Shown here: positions 10,218-18,946 of the stretch, piece by piece
Layout of the letters: each line of letters starts with the position of its first letter
Position numbering within the stretch: position 1 is the stretch's first letter
Assembly (NCBI GenBank): GCA_043823745.1
Contig: JBDRAN010000006.1
Span: 40,176-104,175 of the forward strand
Direction of reading: 5' to 3'
Source: Candidatus Omnitrophota bacterium
GTDB lineage: Bacteria; Omnitrophota; Gorgyraeia; Duberdicusellales; 4484-171
Length of the DNA stretch: 64,000 nt
The notes under the pieces: generated by a model
Told to the model about the DNA's origin: nothing
Databases searched by the model: none
Seen by the model: only the letters and a program-made list of their open reading frames with translations
Made by a program: the position numbers and the translations under genes

Positions 10218-11993
10218 ATGCCCAATTTTCTTCCCATCTCAAAATCTGATTGCAAAATACGGGGCTGGGATGCGTGTGACATCATTATCGTCAGTGGCGA
10301 CGCCTATGTTGACCATCCTTCCTGGGGGGTCGCGGTAATTGCCCGGGTTCTTGAACACGCCGGATACCGCGTCGGCATCATCCCGCAACCCGATTGGCGT
10401 AACACTGCCGATTTTATGGCGCTTGGCCGGCCGCGGCTCTTCTTCGCCATTACCGCGGGAAACCTTGACTCAATGGTCGCAAATTATACAGCCAACAAAC
10501 GGCCGCGGCGAAACGACCATTATTCTCCGGCAGGCACCCCGGGCATGCGACCTGACCGAGCAATCATCGTCTATGCCAACCGCGTGCGCCAAGCTTTTCC
10601 TGATAGCCCAATTGTCATCGGAGGCATAGAAGCTTCGTTGCGCAGAATTGCTCACTATGATTATTGGGATAATAACGTTCGCGGCTCCATCATCCTTGAT
10701 ACCCGAGCCGACATCCTGGTCTACGGCATGGGGGAAAGACAAATCATCACGATCGCCCGGCGACTGGCGGAAAAAAAAGACCTCGAAGGTATTCCGGGTA
10801 CCGTTGTTATACAAAAAGACGTGAGCACATGCGCCGATTACCTGGAGCTACCCTCATACGATGAGGTAAGAAACGATACTAAAAAGTTCAACGAAGCCTT
10901 TGAAATATTTTACCGTAACCAAGATCCTCTGCACGGAAAAACACTTGCTCAAAAACATGGCACCCGCTTTATCGTGCACTTCCCGCCGGCGGCTCCCCTG
11001 ACAAGCCAGGAGTTAGACGCCATCTACGCCCTTCCCTTTGCGCGTCGGCCACATCCGGTCTACACAAAAGCGGGCGGTATCCCTGGATTTGAAACGGTAA
11101 AGTTTTCAATTATCACTAATCGTGGCTGCTGCGGAGAATGTAATTTTTGCTCGCTCTACGCGCACCAGGGAAGAATCGTACAATCGCGCAGCGAAGAATC
11201 AATTATTACGGAAGCGCGACTCCTGGCGCAACAGGCTGGCTTTAAGGGCACCATCAGCGATATAGGCGGGCCAACCGCAAATCTTTACGCGGCACATTGC
11301 CGGCATTGGAATACGCGCGGGACATGCCGCAAGCGCCAATGCCTTATGCCGCGACCGTGCCCACACCTTAAGCCCGGCATCGAACAAAGCCGACATCTCT
11401 ACCGGAAGTTGCGCGCAGTCCCGGGGGTACAGCATGTCTTTATTGAAAGCGGTATGCGCTATGACCTTCTTGGTGACCCCAGCGCCGCCGGATATCTTGA
11501 AGATGTCTGCGCCTACCATGTCAGCGGCCAACTTAAAGTGGCGCCTGAACATACGGTTAACCATGTATTGGCACTAATGAACAAGCCCAATTTTTCTGTC
11601 TACGAAGGCTTTACGCGCCAGTTTACCGCTGCAACTGCGCGCTGCCGCAAAGAATTATATCTGGTTAATTATTTTATCAGCGCCCACCCCGGCGCAACGC
11701 TTAATGATGCCCTTACGCTTTCTCTTGAGCTTATGCGCCGGCATATCCGCCCTCAACAGATACAAGATTTCATACCGCTTCCCATGACCGTCTCAACCTG
11801 CATGTTTTATACCGGTAGGCACCCCTTAACCGGAGAAACCGTATATGTGGCTCGCGAGCCGGCCCAGCGCGCCATGCAGCGCGCGCTTATCCAATATTTT
11901 AATCCAAAAAATAAAAACGTAATCCGACAAGCGCTGAAGATATTGGGCAAGGAAGATTTATGGGGTACGTTTCGGCGCGCGGGCTTGCGATGA
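10218..11993 (+). CDS. YgiQ/UPF0313 family radical SAM protein
   Basis: GDAYVDHPS, GGIEASLRR, RGCCGECNFC (CxxxCxxC), DIGGPTANLY, SGQLKVAPEH. Confidence 0.92.
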   Translation: MPNFLPISKSDCKIRGWDACDIIIVSGDAYVDHPSWGVAVIARVLEHAGYRVGIIPQPDWRNTADFMALGRPRLFFAITAGNLDSMVANYTANKRPRRNDHYSPAGTPGMRPDRAIIVYANRVRQAFPDSPIVIGGIEASLRRIAHYDYWDNNVRGSIILDTRADILVYGMGERQIITIARRLAEKKDLEGIPGTVVIQKDVSTCADYLELPSYDEVRNDTKKFNEAFEIFYRNQDPLHGKTLAQKHGTRFIVHFPPAAPLTSQELDAIYALPFARRPHPVYTKAGGIPGFETVKFSIITNRGCCGECNFCSLYAHQGRIVQSRSEESIITEARLLAQQAGFKGTISDIGGPTANLYAAHCRHWNTRGTCRKRQCLMPRPCPHLKPGIEQSRHLYRKLRAVPGVQHVFIESGMRYDLLGDPSAAGYLEDVCAYHVSGQLKVAPEHTVNHVLALMNKPNFSVYEGFTRQFTAATARCRKELYLVNYFISAHPGATLNDALTLSLELMRRHIRPQQIQDFIPLPMTVSTCMFYTGRHPLTGETVYVAREPAQRAMQRALIQYFNPKNKNVIRQALKILGKEDLWGTFRRAGLR

Positions 11994-12842
11994 AAGACCG
12001 TGGGCGGCAACAAACTCCGTGAACCGTTCAATAAACTCTTGTTGATAAACATACGGCCCGTCGTTATGGTCCCCTGGAAGGATAAAAAATTCTTTCGGAG
12101 AAGCTGCATTCTCATAGAGCTTGCGGCCGATGGCCAAAGGAACGATGCTGTCTGCTTCTCCATGAATAAAAAGTTTAGGCACAATGAGGCGGCTCGCGCG
12201 CGCCTGCGCATCAAACTTAACGCTGGCAAGATTCTTAAACAGCACTGAAGGAACCCAGGGGAACATAACCCGCCCCATATCGATAGCTGAACTAAACCCT
12301 CCCTGGATGACTACTGCTGCAACCGTCACCGTAGAGGCGACATCAAGCGCAACCGCACTGCCGATTGATTCACCATAGAGGATAACTCTGCGAGGCGCAA
12401 TCGCACGCGCGGTAACCAGATAGCGATAGCTTGAAAGAGCGTCCTGGTAGAAACCGGCCTCGGATGGCTTTCCCGAACTCTTACCGTAGCCACGGTAATC
12501 GAAAATCAAAACCCCGAACCCTGCGTCAGAAAATAGTTTGAGCAGCAAAACGCGGTCACCGATATTCCCGGCGTTGCCATGACAAAACAAAATAACCGGC
12601 GAAGAAACCGGACCTTCAAGAAACCACGCGTTAATCGTTTCGCTGCCGGAAGGAATCATCACCTCTTCAAAGTTTACACCCACCGCCGATGGCGTGACCG
12701 TGATATCCCGAGACGGGAAAAAAATCCCTGTTTTTTCAAAATACTTCAGAAAGAGAACGAGCGCAAGCAACGCGACTCCCACAACAATAAAACCATTCAA
12801 CAGAATTAACATAATCTTTTTTGTAGAAAAATAATGCACCAT
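11958..12842 (-). CDS. Alpha/beta hydrolase with an N-terminal membrane anchor
   Basis: HGNAGN, DYRGYG, GESIG nucleophile elbow, HGEADSIVP, GDHND; the only convincing minus-strand gene. Confidence 0.9.
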   Translation of the reverse strand: MVHYFSTKKIMLILLNGFIVVGVALLALVLFLKYFEKTGIFFPSRDITVTPSAVGVNFEEVMIPSGSETINAWFLEGPVSSPVILFCHGNAGNIGDRVLLLKLFSDAGFGVLIFDYRGYGKSSGKPSEAGFYQDALSSYRYLVTARAIAPRRVILYGESIGSAVALDVASTVTVAAVVIQGGFSSAIDMGRVMFPWVPSVLFKNLASVKFDAQARASRLIVPKLFIHGEADSIVPLAIGRKLYENAASPKEFFILPGDHNDGPYVYQQEFIERFTEFVAAHGLSSQARAPKRTP

Positions 12843-13286
12843 GTTATAATACGCTCGTTTATTATTATAACGTTGCTTCTTAAAATCGCAAGCTGGTGGA
12901 AGTTACGCTTCGTCCGCGTGTACAGTCTAGAAGCCGAGTGTACAGTTCTTACTATTGGCCGTATAAGGTTGCGTCTATGGGCTGCGCACCAGCGCGTCCC
13001 GAAGGGGCTGCGAGGCTCGTTTCGGTTGCGTCAAACGCCAATCGTCTTTATTCTTAATAATGTTTTTGACGCAACCGATCTACGTATGACGTGACCAGAT
13101 GCACACCAGTGCGTCCCGCAGGGGACTGCGCAACCGCTGGACGTATGACGAGACGATACAGTGCAAACATATCTTATAAATAATACAATCCCAGGATACG
13201 AACGAGTGTGAAGCGTACCTGAGGCCTCCTCGCAGAGGGTGGTCGACGGACGACAAAGAAAGCCTTACGCTTACGTATATATTATT

Positions 13287-15197
13287 ATGAGTATTATCCT
13301 TGCTTCAGCATCCAGTCGCCGAGCAGAACTTCTTAAAAAAATCACTGCTGATTTTATGGTTGTGACAAGCAGCGTTAATGAAACACTCATTACGGAACGC
13401 GATCCGGTGCGCTTCGCGCTTGCGGCAGCGGAAGCAAAAGCAAAAGATGTAGGAACACAATTCCCTCAAAGCACGGTCATCGGCGCCGATACCATCGTGG
13501 TCTTACATGATACCATATTAGGAAAACCAAGCGGAATTGAGAACGCACGCGCGATGCTGCACACTCTCTCAGGTACAACGCACCTCGTTATCACGGCGCT
13601 GGCGCTCTATGCGCATGACGAGAACAAACTACTCCTTACCTATCAGACCAGCGCGGTAACCTTTAAAAAACTGACTCATGAGATGATTGAAACGTATCTG
13701 GCGCGCGGTGACTTTGACGACAAAGCGGGTTCATACGCGATTCAAAATGTCGGCGATACCTTTGTAAGCGCCGCGGAAGGCGATTACGACAATATAATAG
13801 GGCTTCCGGTGGAAACCCTGCGCAAGCTTCTTGAGGCCTTCATGACCCCGTTACTCACCCTCGATATTATTGATATTGCGCTGCCCGATGGTTACGGCGT
13901 AGCTAAACACGAGGGTGGCGTTATCTTTATCCCTCAAGCGGTTACCGGTGACACTATAGCTGCTACGATCGTAAAAGAAAAACCCCGGCTGGCCTATGCG
14001 CACATGATCGGGCTCACCGCGCTTTCAGCCTCTCGCGTAACAGCAACGTGCCCCCATTCCGGCATCTGCGGAGGGTGCATCCTGCAAGAGCTAAACTACC
14101 CTGAACAACTACGCCTGAAAGATCGACACCTCTACCAGACACTCGGTCGTATCGGAAAAATCGATACAAGCCGCGTTCAGAAAATACCCATTACCCCGTC
14201 ACGCCACCAATACTTCTATCGTAATAAAATCGAACTTTCATTTTCAACGCGCCAAGAGAAAGCCATCCTCGGCTTCAAAGAAAGAGCCTCAGGGGCCCCT
14301 AACCAGGAGGCGATCATCCCTGTCAGCCAATGCCCCATCGCAAACCCGCGCGTCCCGGAAATTATTTCCCGCGTTTTGGAATTCGCAGACGCAGCCGATC
14401 TGGCTGCGTATAACCCCCACAAAAAAGAAGGTGTGTTAAAACGCCTCATCATTAAAGAAGCAAAAGCCTCAGGGAAATTGATGGTGATCCTGGTAACCAA
14501 ACAAGCCGCCGTCACACGCTACGCACAACGCTTACATGAAGCACTCTCTTCGATAGAACCGATAGAAAGCCTCTGCTGGGCAATCGAAGAACGCGATGAC
14601 ACCCGCAGCTTTGAGCAGAAAATACTTATCGCCGGAGAGAATTGCATCAGGGAACGCATCGGCGATTTCTCCTGTAATGTCTACCCTGAAACATTTCTTC
14701 AGGCTAACAGCGAAACTGCGCCGCGATTGTATGAACACATCAAACAACACCTCGGGCACGATGAAAAGATCTTAAGCCTCTACTGTGGCTCGGGCCTTCT
14801 TGAGCTTTCGATAGCCCATGCGTCGCAAGAAATTACCGGCATCGACACGAACGCAAACAATATCTCCTGCGCCAGAGAAAACTGCCAGCTCAACAATATT
14901 ACCAATTGCAATTTCTCTCCTGGCAAAGCCGAGGAGGCACTCAAGAAAAAGAGAGAGCGCGATTGCAACACCCTTATCCTTGACCCTCCACGATCGGGCT
15001 TAAGCCCTGAAGCATTGCGGCGCGTCTGCTCGTATGGCGCTGCAAAGATTCTGTATGTCTCCTGCAACCCGGCAAGCCTGGCGCGCGACATAGCGATACT
15101 TGCCAAACCCTACCACCTTGCCAGCGTAGCCGCCTTTGATATGTTCCCGCAAACCGGCCACCTCGAAATTGTGGCGATACTGCGCAAAAAACAATGA
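13287..15197 (+). CDS. rlmD: Fusion of a Maf nucleotide pyrophosphatase and an RlmD-type 23S rRNA m5U methyltransferase
   Basis: Maf motifs IILASASSRR, IGADTIV, KAGSYAIQ; then TRAM, CPHSGICGGC, FLQAN, LYCGSG, LDPPRSG, YVSCNPASLARD, DMFPQTGHLE, all in one frame. Confidence 0.88.
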   Translation: MSIILASASSRRAELLKKITADFMVVTSSVNETLITERDPVRFALAAAEAKAKDVGTQFPQSTVIGADTIVVLHDTILGKPSGIENARAMLHTLSGTTHLVITALALYAHDENKLLLTYQTSAVTFKKLTHEMIETYLARGDFDDKAGSYAIQNVGDTFVSAAEGDYDNIIGLPVETLRKLLEAFMTPLLTLDIIDIALPDGYGVAKHEGGVIFIPQAVTGDTIAATIVKEKPRLAYAHMIGLTALSASRVTATCPHSGICGGCILQELNYPEQLRLKDRHLYQTLGRIGKIDTSRVQKIPITPSRHQYFYRNKIELSFSTRQEKAILGFKERASGAPNQEAIIPVSQCPIANPRVPEIISRVLEFADAADLAAYNPHKKEGVLKRLIIKEAKASGKLMVILVTKQAAVTRYAQRLHEALSSIEPIESLCWAIEERDDTRSFEQKILIAGENCIRERIGDFSCNVYPETFLQANSETAPRLYEHIKQHLGHDEKILSLYCGSGLLELSIAHASQEITGIDTNANNISCARENCQLNNITNCNFSPGKAEEALKKKRERDCNTLILDPPRSGLSPEALRRVCSYGAAKILYVSCNPASLARDIAILAKPYHLASVAAFDMFPQTGHLEIVAILRKKQ

Positions 15198-15203
15198 TAA
15201 TAA

Positions 15204-15232
15204 TTGACGCGCCTAGTCTCCCATGATAAGGT
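15204..15232 (+). promoter_or_regulatory. Putative sigma70 promoter for the PPIase gene
   Basis: TTGACG-17 nt-TAAGGT with TGn extension. Confidence 0.45.
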
Positions 15233-15410
15233 AGACAACTGTGCGTGATAACAATACATACGTTCTATGAACACCCGGCTGAATCTCACCCGGCGCTATC
15301 GGATGCGCCGGTGTACGCCCCTGCGTTAGAATAGCCGGTGTGCACTTTAGGGTTTATACCCCGCGCTTAAAGGAATTGCGCGGGTACGCCCCTCTGGGCA
15401 AGGAGGTTGT

Positions 15411-16373
15411 ATGAAAAAATATAGCAGTGTTTTTATTTGTATCTATGCGTGTGCGGCGATGTGGACCTGCGCGCTTGCTCAAGACACAGCCCTGTCACAG
15501 GAAACCCACGAAATAGCCGCCGCCGCTCAAGAAGACGCAACGCTGGCAACCGTAGGAGACTGGCACATCAGCCTGACGGAATTTAACCAGGCACTTAAAA
15601 AATTGACGCCGGTGCTTGCGCAACAAAAAATTCCGATGGGCCCTGACTTTAAAGAACAAATGCTTAATGAACTTGTGGAGCAGGAAATTCTCGCGCAGAT
15701 CGCGGCACGTAAAGGGAAAGACAAAGATGCGGATCTGGTGCGCGCGATGAATCGTTATCGGAGCGCGCTCCTTGCAGCGAAACTTATGGAAGAAACGGGA
15801 GAAGCGATCGTTATCGATCCAGCCGACGTTAAAACGTTTTACGATGCAAATAAAGAAATCTTCGCTAACCCTCCCCGAGAAATTAAAATTCTCGAAATCC
15901 TCGCGGGTAGCGAACCAGAGGCGCAGGAAATAGCCGGGCGCCTCGCACGGAACGAAGACTTTGCGACGGTCGCGCGCAAATCCTCAAAGAGTGAATCGGC
16001 GAAAGTCGGTGGGGATCTTGGCTTTATCTCAACCAGGGAGATACTCCTTACCTATCACGGCATCGAACCTCCCGAGCGTACGGGAAAGAACGCCCCGATT
16101 AATGTGCCAAACCGCCCGGAAGCCTTCTGGGAAAAAGCGATCGTGCTTGCGAAAGGGGAGATTTCCGATCCTATCAAGGTCGAGGACGGTACCTACTATA
16201 TCATTAAGGTAAGCGACATACGAGGGGGCCAGACGATCCCTGAACTGGGAGAAGTAAGCCCGTATATCGAGCAATACTTAAAAATGAACCGTTTTGAGAA
16301 AGAAATAGAAAAGCTCGTTGATGGCTTTAAAGCCTCTCAAAAGGTAGAAATTAACAAGGATTTACTGAAATAA
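15411..16373 (+). CDS. PpiC/parvulin-type peptidyl-prolyl isomerase (SurA/PrsA-like, exported)
   Basis: Signal peptide, FATVARKSS, GGDLGF, GEISDPIK, YYIIKV; AAGGAGG SD. Confidence 0.85.
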   Translation: MKKYSSVFICIYACAAMWTCALAQDTALSQETHEIAAAAQEDATLATVGDWHISLTEFNQALKKLTPVLAQQKIPMGPDFKEQMLNELVEQEILAQIAARKGKDKDADLVRAMNRYRSALLAAKLMEETGEAIVIDPADVKTFYDANKEIFANPPREIKILEILAGSEPEAQEIAGRLARNEDFATVARKSSKSESAKVGGDLGFISTREILLTYHGIEPPERTGKNAPINVPNRPEAFWEKAIVLAKGEISDPIKVEDGTYYIIKVSDIRGGQTIPELGEVSPYIEQYLKMNRFEKEIEKLVDGFKASQKVEINKDLLK

Positions 16374-16399
16374 TAGCTCAAAAAATTACAGGAAATAAC

Positions 16400-16428
16400 T
16401 TGACGCCTTTTGCTTTCTATGCTAATAT
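16400..16428 (+). promoter_or_regulatory. Putative sigma70 promoter for rplU-obg-proBA
   Basis: TTGACG-17 nt-TAATAT with TGn; ATG 9 nt downstream. Confidence 0.6.
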
Positions 16429-16437
16429 TCAAGACCT

Positions 16438-16746
16438 ATGTGGGCAATTGTCGAGATATCAAACAAACAATACCTGATTAAAGAAGGGGAATCTCTTAAG
16501 GTAGAACGCCTTAAACAGGAGGGTGAAATAACCCTGGATAAGGTGCTCCTTGTAGCTGACGAGGGCACGGTTACCATAGGAAACCCCTATATTAACAAGG
16601 CCAAAGTCACCGCTACCATCACCGGCGAGGCTAAGGGTGAAAAAATCATTAGCTATAAGTACCGCCGCCGAAAAAAATCCCGTTGGAAGAAAGGGCATCG
16701 CCAGATTTATACCCTCCTTACCGTCTCTCGCATTAAACCTGCGTAA
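16438..16746 (+). CDS. rplU: 50S ribosomal protein L21
   Basis: MWAIVEISNKQY, IGNPY, KYRRRK, KGHRQ. Confidence 0.95.
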   Translation: MWAIVEISNKQYLIKEGESLKVERLKQEGEITLDKVLLVADEGTVTIGNPYINKAKVTATITGEAKGEKIISYKYRRRKKSRWKKGHRQIYTLLTVSRIKPA

Positions 16747-16826
16747 TCGCGAGAATTTTCCTTCTTCATATATACGAACTTTTTTAACGTCTTATCGGGG
16801 CTGGCGTCTTACCATAAGGTTCAACC

Positions 16827-17828
16827 ATGATTATTGACCGCGTTAAAATCTATGTCAAAGCCGGCGACGGCGGAGAAGGCGATTTATCAAGCCTGACGCT
16901 CTCAGCCCGCAGGATTATCGGCGGAGGAGGAGATGGTGGTGACGGGGGCAATGTTATTATCAAGGTAAATCCACACCTCTATGATTTAAACAAGTTCCTG
17001 GTAAACAAAACATTTACAGCCACCAACGGCGCCCGCGGCAGCCGAAATAATAAAAAGGGTAAAAGGGGCGAAGACATCACCGTGAACGTACCGGAAGGGA
17101 CCCTCGTGTTTGATGAAGCAGGGAACTTTATCGCGGACGTAAGCGGCGAAACACAAGAACTCCTCGTCTGCCGGGGAGGCAGGGCCGGTAAAGGTACCTA
17201 CAAAAAAACCTACAGCCTTCCTGCCGAAGCAGGGGAAGAGCACAAACTCATTTTAGATTATCGCGCCCCCAATGATGTAGCGGTGCTGGGAATGCCTAAC
17301 AGCGGAAAAACTTCACTGGTCAATGCGCTTACCAGGCATTCCTTTAAAGTAGCGGACTACCCTTTCACCACAACATCCTGTGCCTGGGCCAAGGCAACCT
17401 ACGCATACAAACCGTTCACGGTCCTGGATACCCCCCCTTTAAATGAAAAAACACATAGCAAGGGGCTCAACGGCTTCTTGAAACATCTTACCCGCAGTTC
17501 CATACTGCTCTTGGTAAGTGAAAACGCTTCGCGTTTTCAAGAAGAATTCGCTTTCCTTAAAAAGGAAATCATCGCTTTCGACGAAGAGACGCAAAGCCTC
17601 CCCCACGTAGATGAGGGAGTGCAAAGCCTGCCCTGCGCAGGCAAGGGAATGCGAAGCCTCCCCCACGGAGGTGAGGGATTACTCAAGGGTAAAAAAATTT
17701 TTTACTTATTAAGCAAAGTTGATACAATAGAAAAGGGAGCTGGCGCTAAGAATTGCCTCCGGGTTTCAGCCGCGACCGGCCTGGGGATCGAAACATTAAA
17801 AAAGAAGATCGTAAACGCTCTAACCTAA
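16827..17828 (+). CDS. obgE: Obg/CgtA family GTPase (divergent)
   Basis: DRVKIYVKAGDGG, GGDGGDGGNV, VPEGT; G1 GMPNSGKTS, G2 YPFTT; G3 DTPP and G4 SKVD are non-canonical; syntenic between rplU and proB. Confidence 0.82.
   Translation: MIIDRVKIYVKAGDGGEGDLSSLTLSARRIIGGGGDGGDGGNVIIKVNPHLYDLNKFLVNKTFTATNGARGSRNNKKGKRGEDITVNVPEGTLVFDEAGNFIADVSGETQELLVCRGGRAGKGTYKKTYSLPAEAGEEHKLILDYRAPNDVAVLGMPNSGKTSLVNALTRHSFKVADYPFTTTSCAWAKATYAYKPFTVLDTPPLNEKTHSKGLNGFLKHLTRSSILLLVSENASRFQEEFAFLKKEIIAFDEETQSLPHVDEGVQSLPCAGKGMRSLPHGGEGLLKGKKIFYLLSKVDTIEKGAGAKNCLRVSAATGLGIETLKKKIVNALT
17591..17680 (+). repeat. Three in-frame 30-bp tandem repeats inside obg
   Basis: gcaaagcctcccccacgtagatgagggagt / gcaaagcctgccctgcgcaggcaagggaat / gcgaagcctcccccacggaggtgagggatt. 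Confidence 0.85.
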
Positions 17829-17847
17829 CATACGCTGCAGGTGCCGC

Positions 17848-18894
17848 ATGAAAAAGCTCGTCATAAAAATCGGTAGCAGCATTATCGCGCCGGCTGGTAA
17901 ATTGGATAACTGCCTGGTGCGTGAGCTTATTGCCGATATACTCGCAACCCAAGCTCTGGGGTATAAGGTAATCCTTGTTTCTTCGGGCGCGATTGCCTGC
18001 GGCGCAGACGCGCTCGGTATCACCAAAAAACCTACGGATGCCCACTCTCTGATGGCTCTTGCCTCATTGGGCCAAATTATTCTGATGGATGCGTATCGCG
18101 CCGCTTTTGGGGCACATCAGAGAAATTGCGCGCAAATCCTCCTTACCTGGGATGACTTCGATAACCGCAAGCGTTTCTTAAACGCGCGCGCTACGATCGA
18201 TAAACTTCTTGCCATGGAGATCATACCGATCATCAATGAGAATGATGCTGTTTCAAGCGAAGAAATAAAATTCGGAGATAACGACCGCCTCGGGGCTCTG
18301 GTCACCGACCTGGTACATGCTGGGCATTCGATCATTCTCTCTGATGTAGCGGGTTTACTCGATGAAGCGGGAGCGATTATCCCGGTAATCACGAAAATTG
18401 ACGCAAAAATCTATAAACTGGTCAAAGTAAAAAGCGGCGCCTTCACCAGCGGCGGGATGCAGACCAAACTACAGGCTGCTGAAATCGTAACGGCTGCGGG
18501 TGCGACACTGGTAATCGCCAGCGGACACGAAAAAGAGCCCCTACGGCGCATTATGGGCGGGGAACATCTGGGCACTCGTTTTGTCCCCGCAGCCACCGTA
18601 TCGCGAGCGCGCAAACGCTGGATTGCTTTCAGCAAAAAGATCAAAGGAAAAATCTACATCGATGCCGGTGCAAAAAAGGCGATCCTCGAAAACGGTAGAA
18701 GCCTGCTCGCCGTCGGTATAAGCACAATCGAAGGGGATTTCAAACCCAATGACTCAGTCTGTGTACTTGACGCGACCGGCGCCATAATCGGGTGCGGCCT
18801 TGCCAATTATTCGTCTGACGATCTTCGCGAAGGCAAAGGGAAAAAGTTTGAAAAAGAAATCATCCATCGCGACAATTTCGTAAAAAATGAATAA
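17848..18894 (+). CDS. proB: Glutamate 5-kinase
   Basis: VIKIGSS, VSSGAIACG, INEND, FGDND, SGGMQTK, PUA domain. Confidence 0.96.
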   Translation: MKKLVIKIGSSIIAPAGKLDNCLVRELIADILATQALGYKVILVSSGAIACGADALGITKKPTDAHSLMALASLGQIILMDAYRAAFGAHQRNCAQILLTWDDFDNRKRFLNARATIDKLLAMEIIPIINENDAVSSEEIKFGDNDRLGALVTDLVHAGHSIILSDVAGLLDEAGAIIPVITKIDAKIYKLVKVKSGAFTSGGMQTKLQAAEIVTAAGATLVIASGHEKEPLRRIMGGEHLGTRFVPAATVSRARKRWIAFSKKIKGKIYIDAGAKKAILENGRSLLAVGISTIEGDFKPNDSVCVLDATGAIIGCGLANYSSDDLREGKGKKFEKEIIHRDNFVKNE

Positions 18895-18946
18895 CAGTTC
18901 TTTAAAGCCAAGAGCCTAGACCCTGGAACCTAGAACATAGTATGCA

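Noticed and set aside
12834-13094. 86-aa + strand ORF in the divergent spacer
   Set aside because: No SD or recognisable motif; it overlaps the hydrolase start and crosses repeat structures.
17591-17680. Possible mini-CRISPR array
   Set aside because: The units are directly tandem with no spacers, lie in frame within obg, and no cas genes are present.
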